A stretch of 64,000 bases of DNA from Schizochytrium sp. TIO01 (lineage: Eukaryota; Protista; Bigyra: Labyrinthulomycetes): positions 139,859 to 203,858 of the forward strand of contig SMSO01000006.1 of the NCBI GenBank assembly GCA_004764695.1, given 5' to 3'. How positions within the stretch are numbered: the stretch's first letter is position 1; every line of letters starts with the position of its first letter. The notes below the pieces were generated by a model. It was given only the letters and a program-made list of their open reading frames with translations, was not told the origin of the DNA and searched no databases. The translations under genes were made by a program, and so were the position numbers. Shown piece by piece: positions 1-11,010 of this stretch.

Positions 1-412
1 ACTCTATATCAGAAGAGTCATCAGGATGGGCAAGAGTAACGCCTATATAGTGTTTACTTTAGAATCACTCATTATCAATATCTACTACCTCGTGTTACAA
101 AAAACATCGAAAAAAAGGCGAAAAGCAAAAGAATGGGCTTGACTTCTCGCCTCCCTCAGGAGATGGGCAATTTTGGTTGGTTCATCTTTTATAAAGAATA
201 GGACTATGACAAAATCAAAGCTTGTCGCGGACTGTGCAAAATGATGAGTGGTACCAAGGGTACAGTTTGTTTCATTCCAATCCAACTTGCTACTTAGGTA
301 TCTTTTTGTTGCTTTTTTCATGTTTTTATTTTATTTTATTTTTTGATTAATAAAAAAAATTAAGTTAAATTAAAATTAAGTATATTTATTTGTTTGTTTT
401 AAATAAGAACTA

Positions 413-991
413 AAAACTTGGCAAGCGAAACTCTATCGTTCGTCTATTTACGCAGATAGAATTCTACATGTAAGGGAGGTAGCTAGGCTCTTATGTTGTT
501 TTCCCATGATGAAGATCCTTTCATTGTTATTCTTATGATTATACTCTTGTAACTATTTCCAATTATTTCTTTATCTTATGATGGTATTTCAGTATTCACA
601 ATAAATTTAAAAGGCTACGTATATACTGATACTTAGGCAGGTACTATGACTAAAATGATAAAACCACCTGAAATACCATTATCATCATGATAAGTTGCTT
701 TGCCAGCGCTTTGATTTTTAGAAGAAAGTTTTTTTCTTCAAAGGCACTATCTCCCTATTAGGCCCCTATCTAGGTCCCTCCCTACCTATAGCATGACATC
801 ATCTATAAATGCCCTACTGAACAAGACTAAGGAGGGGAAAATAATTGGAAAGTAGATACATGAGAGAGATAAGACCATAGCAAAGTTCTGCTTTCTACTA
901 GCTAGCTAGGTAGTCTTCCAGGCAGCCCAAGCACTGATCAAATACGAATTCTATCGCCATTATTGGCGGAGGCTGCTTGTCAAGATATTTT
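413..991. repeat. Degenerate long inverted repeat (fold-back/MITE-like), centre about 703
   Basis: Arm pairs share one axis: 417-426 cttggcaagc / 975-984 gcttgtcaag; 455-464 gatagaattc / 946-955 gaattctatc; 553-569 ctatttccaattatttc / 837-855 gaaaataattggaaagtag; 588-594 ttcagta / 815-821 tactgaa. Nested perfect 12-bp IR at 581-592 / 668-679. Confidence 0.55.
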
Positions 992-1154
992 GAAAGACAG
1001 TACCCAGTAGGCACCTAATACTAGTTACGGGTTATCTCTGGTCATTCCTTTTGTCTGCAGTGAAAAACGCTCTGCCTCCAGCTAGTAGAGTGAGCTGGGC
1101 TATCTCTAGAGGTCGTTGGTGCCTAGTAGTACTTTTGATGCTTAAGAATAGCAC

Positions 1155-1422
1155 TGTTTTGGCTTGAGTTTGACAACCTAGCTCAAGGATTTCAACCAAT
1201 TACCTTGAACTAGGTACCTAGGTAGGTAGCTAGTGAGAGTGAACATTACCCTGACCCGATTGAAGGGGGGAGTTCAGGTACTAGGTAGGCTGCATACCGA
1301 GGACCGTGCTAGGTAGAATGTACCTACCTACATAGTATGTAGTTAATATGAGTACCCTCGCACTCCTTAAAATCTTTGGCCTTGGTATCTTTCAACTTCA
1401 ATCTCAATCTCAAGCCAAAACA
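1155..1422. repeat. Second inverted-repeat element with perfect 14-bp terminal arms
   Basis: tgttttggcttgag (1155-1168) is the exact reverse complement of ctcaagccaaaaca (1409-1422). Internal taggtaggta/tacctaccta pair at about 1219 and 1321. Confidence 0.45.
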
Positions 1423-1559
1423 AACACGCATCATTGTACAACTTGAAAGAGAGAAACACTAAATAGTCAAAGGGAAATAATAATCCTCAACTTAACTCCC
1501 CTTCTTAACAAAGACCTAGATAAGTATATGATATATATATCATTTATATGGAATAGACA

Positions 1560-1920
1560 CTACCATTCCGAGGTTCTGTAAGTTCTAACTTTTCCATAGG
1601 TGCCACTGCATTGCTCTGGGCTTTTAAAATCAAGTAAGATCATCTTGAAGCGGCAATCTGAGTGTCGTGGTGTTGATCCAAATTGCAATAAAAAGCAATG
1701 TGTGATTTATTTTGCTTGAGTATGAGTATTGACAACCAAGCTGCAAGACTTTTGATTAAAAAGGAGTTGAGAGTGAATTAGAAACGGTGCTTGGCCGATT
1801 CGACCTGCTGCTTTTCACGTCGAGAGCGTCGAGAGCATAAACTTATGATCCAAGACAGTGCTAGAAAGTACAGATATTTACGAATCCTGGCGCAAAATAA
1901 TTGGCATTTCATTGTTCCAA
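1560..1920 (+). pseudogene. Decayed LRR-coding relic
   Basis: TKLQDF*LKRS (1735-1767) and FTNPGAK*LAFHC (1877-1915) resemble LxxLxL and ITxxGAxxLA segments of RI-like LRRs. Confidence 0.35.
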
Positions 1921-1981
1921 CGACTCAAAATAGGCAAGTGGAGGTAGATGTTAAATTTTATTTTATTTTTTCAATATAAAA

Positions 1982-3672
1982 TTATGCCACTGTTGCTGGC
2001 AGAGTAATTCCTTCGGAGGTGCAGCATGCATCCTCTTCTTTTCCCAAAACAATCCACGGCACGCCAGCAGTCGTGGCACACATATTTTGGTCAGTGAAAA
2101 GGTGAGGAAGAACCTGCTCAAGAATCTTCTTCTTCTTCATCTGAGCAGCACTCGCTGGCTCGCCTGGGGCAGCTCGACTAAGAAGACCAATACGTGCACC
2201 GACTTCAGCGTCCTGAGAAACCTCCACGAACTTGAGAGCATCCACATCCTTGGATTTGGAGCACATTACCATACCTGCAGAGGGAATACCGCCGAGCTTG
2301 GCGGGCTTTAGATTGCACACAACAACCACTTTACGGCCAACAATTTCCTCAGGAGAGTAATACTTGGCAATGCCACTGAGGATTTGGCGAGGTTCCGCAT
2401 TATCTCCTGCATCACCGACATCAATCTTCTCAATCAGAAGTTTATCAGACTCGGGATGCCGCGCAGCGTCAACAATATGACCCACACGCAAGTCAAGCAG
2501 GGCGAATGCAGTTTCGATCTCCTCAGAGAGGCTTGCTAATCCGCTTGAGGTAGTAGCACCAGAAGAATCTTCACTGTTTGCGGTAATGTCTGAGTCCTCG
2601 GTCAGCGTGGCTAAATCTTCCGAACTACGAGGAACAGAGCATTTGACTACAAGAGCACCCGTAGCTTCAATAAATTGCTTAGTGTTAACCTGCAATTTCA
2701 GGTCCACCTCGCCTCCGCCAAGGAAGATCACGGGGACCTCAGTAACTGCACGGGCTACCACAATAGTTGCTTTGGAAATCTGCTTAAGTCCAACTGGCGC
2801 GATCGCATTGTGTTCAAACCCACAAATCTCGTTGGCTTCTTCTGGAGTAGCATGGCGGAAGCTGTACTTGTTCTTGGGTGGCCGGCTATCCTCTGGAATC
2901 AAACTGCGGATGGCGCGCCAAAGACCATCGTCGTCAAGTTTCGCAATGTACTGAACAATCACGAGGAAGTACTCTGCATTTTCCGGGCCTTGGTACGCGC
3001 TCTCGTCCCATGCGACGTTCTGTATAGTGCGTCCACCATCACCATTTCGATCGATCGACAAATTCATAGAGTAGAGAAGGTGAGTTAACTGATCAACCAA
3101 TACATACCTGGATATTGAAGCCTTTCTCTAAGTGTAAAAAACGAGCCAGTCAAGCGTAGTAGTCTGTGCAAGTGGCTTAAACAACGCATGCAGGTAACAT
3201 AGTAGCTAGATAGATGCTCAATTGTCTTTGTCATTGCGAGCAACAGAAAAACAACACACCGATAAACTCGATGAAACACGGTGTTGAAGCTACTTCTACC
3301 AAGGTCATGAAGATTGCATTGATAAGAAGCTAACCAGGTTGAATTATGAGACATCTGGGTTCCTTAACTTACTTTAAGAAGGACACTCTTGCAGAGTTGA
3401 GCCCGCCCTTGTGATGCGTGCAAGAGAGAAGCTCGCTCATCGAGACCTCGGGCATAGTAATCGTCGGGTACTCTATAGAATCTGTGCACTACACCAAGCC
3501 TCTGGCACTCCTGAGCAACGCGAGCGTGCGACTCGCTGCGCACCTCTTCCTCCACTTCAAGCCCAGCCTCCAAAGCTTTACATGCAGAAGGATCACCAAC
3601 CTTTGCTGCCTCAGCGGCTCCAACCAGCTCGAGCCTTCCCAGGCGAGTCGATGCGTCTTCACCCATTGTCAT
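1982..3672 (-). CDS. YbaK/ProRS-INS-family aminoacyl-tRNA editing domain fused to a C-terminal EMAP-II/Arc1p/Trbp111-type tRNA-binding OB fold; exons 3672-3373 and 3019-1982
   Basis: The exons join in frame (LCKSVLLK|NVAWDE). YbaK-like motifs FYRVPDDYY, VIVQY, CGFEHNAIAPVG and FLGGGEVDLKL. tRNA-binding motifs LDLRVGHI, HPESDKL, RQILSGI and VCNLKPAKLGGIPSAGMV. Start is 3672 or 3666. Confidence 0.88.
3020..3372 (-). other. Spliceosomal intron, phase 0, 353 nt
   Basis: Donor AAA|GTAAGT at 3372 and acceptor TACAG|AAC at 3020. Removing it fuses two halves of one recognisable domain. Confidence 0.8.
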
Positions 3673-3765
3673 ACAGTCACGGGTCTCTCGCTACCAAACG
3701 AGGATTCTCTTCTCCTTGTTTTGGGATCTGGATGACGGAAGACGATGAAATGAGATGGAACGCGA

Positions 3766-3818
3766 GATGGCAAACGATCGCAAACGATCGCAAAAGATGG
3801 CAAAAGATGGCAAAGATG
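3766..3818. repeat. 10-bp tandem repeat (GATSGCAAAM), about 5 copies, upstream of the YbaK fusion gene
   Basis: gatggcaaac gatcgcaaac gatcgcaaaa gatggcaaaa gatggcaaa gatg. Confidence 0.8.
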
Positions 3819-3949
3819 AAGACGATAAGAGATGATGGCTAAAGAAAGAGATACCACTAGGTACCTACTACACCTATACCCTCTTAGTAGCAGATACTAA
3901 CAGCTACAAATCCTAGTATGGAGAAATTACATAACTGCACTAAGAGTAT

Positions 3950-4430
3950 GATATAGGAGTGTTATTTTAGGAAATAAAAGGGTTGATTGATGAGAGTGCT
4001 TAAAAATCTCTGGTGACCTTCATTTGCTCTAGATACGCACACCAGTCAGAGGCTACTCTTACTCCTCCTTTTTTTTATTTCAAGTTGAATAAGAACTCAG
4101 GTCAAATTAATCATCCATGCGATAACCTCACTCTCGCTATCAACAAGTCCTATCAAAGTTTCCACTTGGGTAGAAATTCAAGCCAAAACAATCACTCGAT
4201 GACTACTTTGTGTGGTTGGTCCTGTTAGTTGCCTCTGACTTGTGAAAGAACAAGGTAGTAGTAGAAAAACTAGAATTAGGAGTAGGAGTGTAACAGTTTT
4301 AGTTTTATTTGTATTATTTGTTTTATTTGTGGACTTAAATTCAAGTGCACTGACTTACTTAGGTGGCGAGCACTTGCTAGGTATTATAATCTGGTCAACC
4401 TACTCCTTTCATTTCTCCTCGTCATGATCT
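3950..4430 (+). pseudogene. Decayed RI/NLRC3-like LRR relic
   Basis: LAINKSYQSFHLGRN (4133-4177) fits LxxNxSLxxLxLxxN. VLFVDLNSSALTYLGGEHL (4320-4376) fits LxxLDLxxNxLTxxGxxxL. Confidence 0.55.
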
Positions 4431-4879
4431 TGAGCATGTCCCTGTAATACCCACTTCACTCGTCACAGCGTATGCGCAGTGACTTCGCTTCACACCCCCG
4501 GAATCAAGATCCATCGAAATAGCATTAGCACTTACCTATTATTTACTACCACTAACAGTTAGCTAGGTGAGAGGCAACATTAACTAGGTATTAGGAGTCG
4601 ACTAATCTTGAGAAGTGCTAGTAGGCACTGCCTAGGTAATGTCTATACTAACGTGTCTCTCAAAACACATGCAAAGGCAGAGACAATAATAAAAAGGCGG
4701 AAAAGGTAGAGAATAAAAGAGGTGCTGAGCATGGATGAGATTGTGGCATAAAGGCAATCACCCACCCACGCGCTCATGGGTATTTCTCTTCAACTAAACA
4801 AGAAATACTTCACCAACACCAACAATTAAACTACCTCGTCCATCACTTGTACAGCGCTCCTCGGCTAAAATATTGTGCA

Positions 4880-7780
4880 ATGCTTTCTGGAGGTGGGGGC
4901 CGCGAACCGGGTTCGAGTCGATCCCGCAACAACAACAACAACAACAACTTCAACAACACCAACAGCAACGATACCAATAACAATGACAACAATAACAACG
5001 ATATCATCAATACCAGCAGCAGTGGCAATTACAATGCTAACGGTAGCAACAACAGCAAGACTAGGCCTCGGAATGATCCTTCTCTATCTACACGAGCGAG
5101 GAGTCGCTCAAGCTCTTTTGCGAGAACAGGCGATAGGTCTTTGTGGCACGAGAGAGCGACCTCAGAGCATTCTGGGGCAACCTATACTGCTGGGGGCATG
5201 ACTGGAGGATTTGATTCAGGAGGACATGCAAGCAGCAGCAGTTATATGGCTGGCAATGGCGGCAACAACAATGGTAACAATAACAGACAACAACAACAGC
5301 AAACTACTTCAATTACGGCTGATATCTGCGAAGAGAATGGTGAGAGAGCGCCTGGAATCTTTTTGGACCAACGCATTGGGAATTCTGAAACAGGACCAAC
5401 AAAGACTTCAGATGATATTGCAGGCCGTATTTCCTCGTCCTCTTCACGACTGTCATCAGGAGGTATCTCTGCACTGAGCCTCAGCACCAAAGGTGATAAG
5501 GACCACATCAAATCCCCTTCGTCAGATAGCATTAGTCTAAGGAGTTCAGGTTCAGGCCATGCTGTAAGAGTGAAACCCAAAACCATTAATGCACGTGGCG
5601 AAAAGCTTGAATATAATTTTGAAAGCAATTCATATCACATTTCGAGCGCAGGGCAAACCTTAGATTTCGTAGACCCAGACGATATCATTTTAGATGACGA
5701 CCCAGAGCTTGGCTCGACCTCATCGTCCAGAACGACTCGAGCAGGTCCTAGTGTAGGATCACCCATTCGTGATGATGTGGACATGGACTACGAAGGACTA
5801 TGCTGTGAACGCTTTTGCAGATTACCAGATTTCAGCCATGCTCCTCTGGCCCATGATGATGAGGACTTAGAAATTTCAAATGGCATTGGAAATGTTGCGG
5901 TCAAATACGATAACTCTGGGAACAGATGGGCGCGAATTCGTGCGCGCATCAAGGTGCTGTGGATTCATGTTATATATGAGAGCTCGTGGCTCTTCCTATG
6001 CATTCTTGGTATTCTTAGCTCTCTTTTAGCATGGTGCATCGATGAAGCAGTAGCATTACTAGCACAGGGCCGCACTGAGCTTGCTAACTCCGCCCAAAGC
6101 TCTGTTGGTGCCTATATTCTATGGACGTTATTTACAACGATGCTGGCTGTATTTGCCGTCTTTACTACTGCACGAATTAGCCCCTTAGCTGCCGGTTCAG
6201 GTATCCCCCAAATGCGCAGCATGCTTGGTGGGTTCTCAATTCCGGGTTACCTCAGCCTACCGACGTTGGTGAGCAAAGTGTTAGGCCTTCTCTTAGCCCT
6301 TGGTGGAGGTATGGTTATTGGAAAAGAAGGTCCATTTGTTCACATAAGCTGTATCATTGCAAACCAGATGCTACGAATCCCTATTTTTGAGGAGATTAGG
6401 TCAAGTCCGGCTTTGAAAAAACAAATTCTTGCTGCTGCTTGTGCAGTCGGGGTTTCGTCTACTTTCGGAGCTCCAATCGGTGGTGTCTTATTCTCTATCG
6501 AAGTCACTTCATCTCTCTACCAGACAAGTGAGTACTGGAAAGGTTTTTTCTGTGTAGTTTGTGGGGCTTTTGTGTTTACTGAGCTCTCGAATTTCGGCCA
6601 ATCAAGAAATAGCGTAGCATCATTGTTCACTACAGACTTTGATCCCTTACCGTATGCGTTTCTTGAACTTCCCCTTTTTGTTGCCCTGTCAGTAATTTGT
6701 GGATACCTTGGTTCACTCTTTGTTATATTCCAAAAAAGCATTGCTGACATACGAAATGATCCTCGTAGCCCGCGTGCTATCCGTAACCCTTATTCAGCAG
6801 CTATTATCGTTGCCGTGTTATCTTGCACTTTGAATTTCCCTCTCGGCGACTTTATGCAATACAGTCTACACAATGCAATCGATGATTTGTTGTTAAATGA
6901 CAGTATGGAAAATGCTCATCATTCTCCTCATTGGAATGAACCAACTGTCTTTATCAATCTCATACTCTTTGCAACTATCAAATTTGTTTTGTCAGCATTG
7001 ACCATTAATCTTCCCATTCCCTGCGGTGTGTTCACCCCACTATTTGCGGTAGGTGCCGCTGTCGGGCGTTTTTTTGGAGAGTTCATTGTAGCCCTTGGAG
7101 CAACAAGTGTCACGGCAGCAGGATACACTCTCATTGGCAGCAGTTCGTTTGTTGCAGCTGCTACAGGTTCTGTGAGTACGGCTGTAATTGTTTTTGAGCT
7201 AACGAATCAGCTTTCATATATGTTGCCTGTTTTGCTAGCCGTACTGATTGGGCATGCCACTGGCCGCACTATCAGTGTCTCGATTTATGAGTCACTAGCG
7301 AAATCGAAGAACCTTCCTAGCTTTCCCCACATTCGTCGCCAGAAGTCTTACTCTATGCCTATCCTTCGTGTCATGTCTCCAAATGTAGCGCTCATTCCCC
7401 GCTATGTGAACAAGGCTGAAGTGGAAGCTGCGCTACTACGAGCTTATAACCCAACGCTTGATCCGCTTTACACAATTGCTGTTGTAGATGAACTTGAATC
7501 TAAGTACTACATTGCTTCCGTAACCTGGCGCCAACTTCACTTTGTCTTACAAAGGCAGTGGATTGGTAGTGGTGTAAATATGGAAAAGGTTGATCTTCTT
7601 CGGGTCTGCAACGTAGACAAATCTACGATCAGTTTGCCGGCTGTCACACCATTAAATGATGCCATCAATCTTTTTGACGTGCACAAGAAAAAGTCTTTTT
7701 TTGTCACCCGGCGTGGTCAGGTTATTGGAAAATTATATATTCGGGAAATTGCCAAGCTGTGTGACGATGGCAAACTTTAG
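4880..7780 (+). CDS. CLCN: CLC-family chloride channel (ClC-1/ClC-2-like) with a long low-complexity N-terminus and C-terminal CBS-like region
   Basis: Signature motifs GSGIP, GKEGP, GVLFSIEV, PCGVFTP and SIYESL; many transmembrane helices. First ATG is at 4880 (the ORF track starts at a TTG, 4847). Confidence 0.95.
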   Translation: MLSGGGGREPGSSRSRNNNNNNNFNNTNSNDTNNNDNNNNDIINTSSSGNYNANGSNNSKTRPRNDPSLSTRARSRSSSFARTGDRSLWHERATSEHSGATYTAGGMTGGFDSGGHASSSSYMAGNGGNNNGNNNRQQQQQTTSITADICEENGERAPGIFLDQRIGNSETGPTKTSDDIAGRISSSSSRLSSGGISALSLSTKGDKDHIKSPSSDSISLRSSGSGHAVRVKPKTINARGEKLEYNFESNSYHISSAGQTLDFVDPDDIILDDDPELGSTSSSRTTRAGPSVGSPIRDDVDMDYEGLCCERFCRLPDFSHAPLAHDDEDLEISNGIGNVAVKYDNSGNRWARIRARIKVLWIHVIYESSWLFLCILGILSSLLAWCIDEAVALLAQGRTELANSAQSSVGAYILWTLFTTMLAVFAVFTTARISPLAAGSGIPQMRSMLGGFSIPGYLSLPTLVSKVLGLLLALGGGMVIGKEGPFVHISCIIANQMLRIPIFEEIRSSPALKKQILAAACAVGVSSTFGAPIGGVLFSIEVTSSLYQTSEYWKGFFCVVCGAFVFTELSNFGQSRNSVASLFTTDFDPLPYAFLELPLFVALSVICGYLGSLFVIFQKSIADIRNDPRSPRAIRNPYSAAIIVAVLSCTLNFPLGDFMQYSLHNAIDDLLLNDSMENAHHSPHWNEPTVFINLILFATIKFVLSALTINLPIPCGVFTPLFAVGAAVGRFFGEFIVALGATSVTAAGYTLIGSSSFVAAATGSVSTAVIVFELTNQLSYMLPVLLAVLIGHATGRTISVSIYESLAKSKNLPSFPHIRRQKSYSMPILRVMSPNVALIPRYVNKAEVEAALLRAYNPTLDPLYTIAVVDELESKYYIASVTWRQLHFVLQRQWIGSGVNMEKVDLLRVCNVDKSTISLPAVTPLNDAINLFDVHKKKSFFVTRRGQVIGKLYIREIAKLCDDGKL
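4927..5000 (+). repeat. (AAC)n-rich coding microsatellite (poly-Asn)
   Basis: caacaacaacaacaacaacaac... encoding NNNNNNNFNNTNSNDTNNNDNNNN. Confidence 0.85.
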
Positions 7781-8457
7781 ATCCACTCTCTCGCCTGACA
7801 TTGGGAAATGTCTCTCTATTCTACCCACATGCTTTCATTTTTTTCCATATTTTCTTTTAGTCATCTCCATAGCCATCTGTGTAATTAGCAGAAGGTGGCG
7901 AGTCTGCTCAGCAGCAACTCGAGCTCGAAAAGAAGGACCAATTTCCTTTGAATAAAACTTCATCAGGAGTTTTGAGGCGCTTTGTTCACCTAAGCCAAGT
8001 GTGAAAGTAGCGTTGCCATAAAACTGATGCTTATCAAGATTAAAACATTGCAAGGAATAAACAATTGTTTTAAAGGAGCCGATTGACAATATTGTGTCGA
8101 GAGGACATCCTTCTTTCATTGGTTTGACTACGGAAGAGCACAACTAAGGAAATTTGACAACGGCCGAAAGTGGACCGCAGAGGTAAAATATGCACTCTAA
8201 CAGATTTTAAAAAGAAGCACTACCCACTTGGGGAGGTATTAAAACTCCTTTTTCTCTAATTCTAATTCTAATGTCTTCCTTCTCGTTTTTTCACGGGAAA
8301 TACCAATTAAAGAAGATCCGGCCTATTTTGTAGGTATACGTATAAATATGAAACGACTTTCATAGTTTCATGAACAGGATTGCATTACAGAAGTTGTGTG
8401 ATTAGCCTCAAATGTGAACCTTTCCAATTCGGTATCCTGTAACACTTAGATCTAAAG

Positions 8458-10982
8458 TTATCTCCTATTATTATATCGTTCATTGGAGGGTAAAATAGAT
8501 TCTATAGCTGGAAGGGTATCGCCTCGGGCAGCTATTTCGACCTCGGGGTATTTTTGAACTCCACCACTTCTTAACTTTGACTTCGATGGACCCTCACTTT
8601 TGGTGACAAAGGTTGTAGTTCGTGCAGCCAACCCAAATTGTTTGGAGTCTTCTTCATCGTCAGAAGTTAAGTCATTGTTACTTCGCTTTGCATCACGAGC
8701 CTCGGATATACCTTCGAGGTCTTTGCTTGCATCTGCAAGATTATCATCATCGTCTTGCTCCCGGCTGCTATCACTATCCTCGTCGTTGTCATCATCGTCC
8801 TCGTCTTCATCGGTAAGACCTTTTAACTTAGCTCCAATACCAGTGCTACTATTTCCATTAAGCATGTTAAAATTCAGCGTTGACCCATCCAAAGAACTCA
8901 TTTGAGAGAATGCTAATGCAAAACTTGCACGTAGTTTGTTTGCCTCTTGTTGTATCTTTTTGGTTTCGCGGCTCGAGGTGGTTCTAGTCCAGTCTAGCTT
9001 GGTTCGTAATTGAACATATTTTTCGTCCATTAACCGAAGCTGGTCCTCCAAAATTCGTGTGCCTTCTTTGAGCTCCTGCATAACACGGTCACGAGCCTTG
9101 CCTTTCTTCTGCAGAGCTGCATTTCTCTGGCGTAACACAGTTGCCTCCTTTTTATAATTTTTAACTTCTGTCAATGCAATGTTCTTTGCCGCAGCTTCAT
9201 GCTTTAAGTGAATCATTACCTTTTCAATGTGTTTTGTTAAGGTTTGAACCCGTTCATTGGCCTGATCTAGGTCGGTACTAGTGCGCTTTCGAAGATCTTT
9301 TTCGAGACGTAACCTTCTGACAAGATCATCTGTTCGCTTTTTCAAAATTTCCATACTCTGAATTGCTGACTGACCAGTTCTTTCCACCGCCTCAATAGAT
9401 TCAATCTTACTCTGCAAGCGTTTATTGTTCTGTCTCATTACCTGCAGTTCAATATTAAGGCGAGAAATAGTATCAGAAGCCACTGCTGCAGCACGATTGG
9501 CCTTTGCTTCCTTTGTCATTATAACACCTTCATCTAAGTCTTCTTCAGATTGTTTGAACGGTATATCTTCATCCCCCAAATTCCCCCCTAAAGGATTCAG
9601 GAAGCTTGTTTGCATCTGGTTTTGATTTTCAGTACGCGATAGGCGTACTAGATCCTGAATGCTTATATTTGCAAATCTTGTCACATCTACCCCATCTCCC
9701 GCAATATCCTGCAGCAAGGAGATTCTTACTGACGCAAGCTCTTCCTGAGCTTTGCTTCCCTGGGATTGGAGTTTTTCCAGCTTGTCGTAAAGCTGATAAC
9801 TTTTTTCTCCTTGGGTGAGGAGCTCTTGCATCTTTTCATCAAGCTTGTTTTGTGTAACATTTAATTGTTTCTCACAAGTCTCCAGCTTCGTCCGTAGAAC
9901 AGCTACCTCAGTCCGCAAACCCCGCGCTTCGTCACTTGTGTCAACCTTCAAGGGAGACCTCTTTGGCGAAAAAACTTCTTCCAGGCTGGGGAATGTATTG
10001 CTTTCACAAACCGGGGAGATTTTCGGGGTTTGGATCACTTTTGCTGGCTGTGGGGAGACTGTTGAGAGCAGATAATCCGGCGGAGGCGACTTCGGAGGGG
10101 TGGGAGAAGGAGCAGTGGGTCGCTTTGCAATAGCTCTCTCTTGTTCTTTTTTTCGTCCTGACCTGAAGCTTGTTGCATATTTGCGACAGCACTCTGTGGG
10201 CTTGATGGTCTACGTGGCCCTGTAGATTTACGTCTTTCAGCTTCGGCAGATTTAGGCGACCGTATCGATCTGCGAGACTTACGAGATTTTCGTGGAGGAG
10301 AATTGGGCGCCGATGGTGGCTCCTCCCTTTTAATCACAAGGTTTGATACAGACACTACTGCTGGGACTTCGGAAAGCCCTAAGGGAGATGTTGCAACATC
10401 AACAGGGACCTTTGCCGCGCCAGTACTTTTGCGGCTCTTTCGCAAAGCCTTTTCACGAGCAGCTGTCTGAGCAGCTGCTTCTAAAGCTTCGACTTTTGCC
10501 TCTGCGATCTTGGCCGCACTTTTGAGGCTTTTCTCTCGTGCTTCAGCTGCGTTAAGCTCATTCTGTAAGGCTGTGTTCTGAGCCTCAAGCGCGTTACGCT
10601 CATCGTTTGCATTTTCCATCTCCTGAAGTTGAGCTTTAAGAATGCTGAGCTCTTTGGCCATTTCGTCATTTGTCGTTTTGTCTTCTGTGTCTTCGGCCTG
10701 CATTTGAGTAAACTTCTCATTCCAGGCATCCATGTCTTTCTGGTATTGACTCTCCAGCACTTTGTATGACGACTCCCACTTATGATGGTCATTCTTCACA
10801 TGCTGTAATTCACGTTGCAACTGAAGCAGCTCAAGGCTCTTATTTTGCAATGATTCTTCATTCGTGCGTAACCTTTCTGTCATTAGCCTTGCATTTTTCT
10901 CGGTCTCTTCGATTTTTCGTTGTGCATTCTGCAATTCGGCCTCTAAAGCAAGAACTCTCTGCTTATTTGCTTTGCCAAACAT
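8458..10982 (-). CDS. Large coiled-coil protein, split in this sequence by a -1 frameshift near 10147-10153 (ORFs 10982-10035 and about 10150-8458)
   Basis: Both ORFs are heptad-rich. The second frame is already open and reads naturally (KEQERAIAKRPTAPSPTPPKSPPPDYLL) right after an A7 run. ATG at 10982. Confidence 0.7.
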
Positions 10983-11010
10983 GGTACAGAGATCCACGTG
11001 GCAAATTTCA

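Noticed and set aside
3766-3818. Tandem repeats as a possible CRISPR array (also 43917-44005)
   Set aside because: No unique spacers, no cas genes, eukaryotic context.
4905-4930. GGTTCGA T-loop-like motif suggesting a tRNA
   Set aside because: Lies inside the CLC CDS and forms no cloverleaf. No tRNA or rRNA was recognised anywhere in the window.
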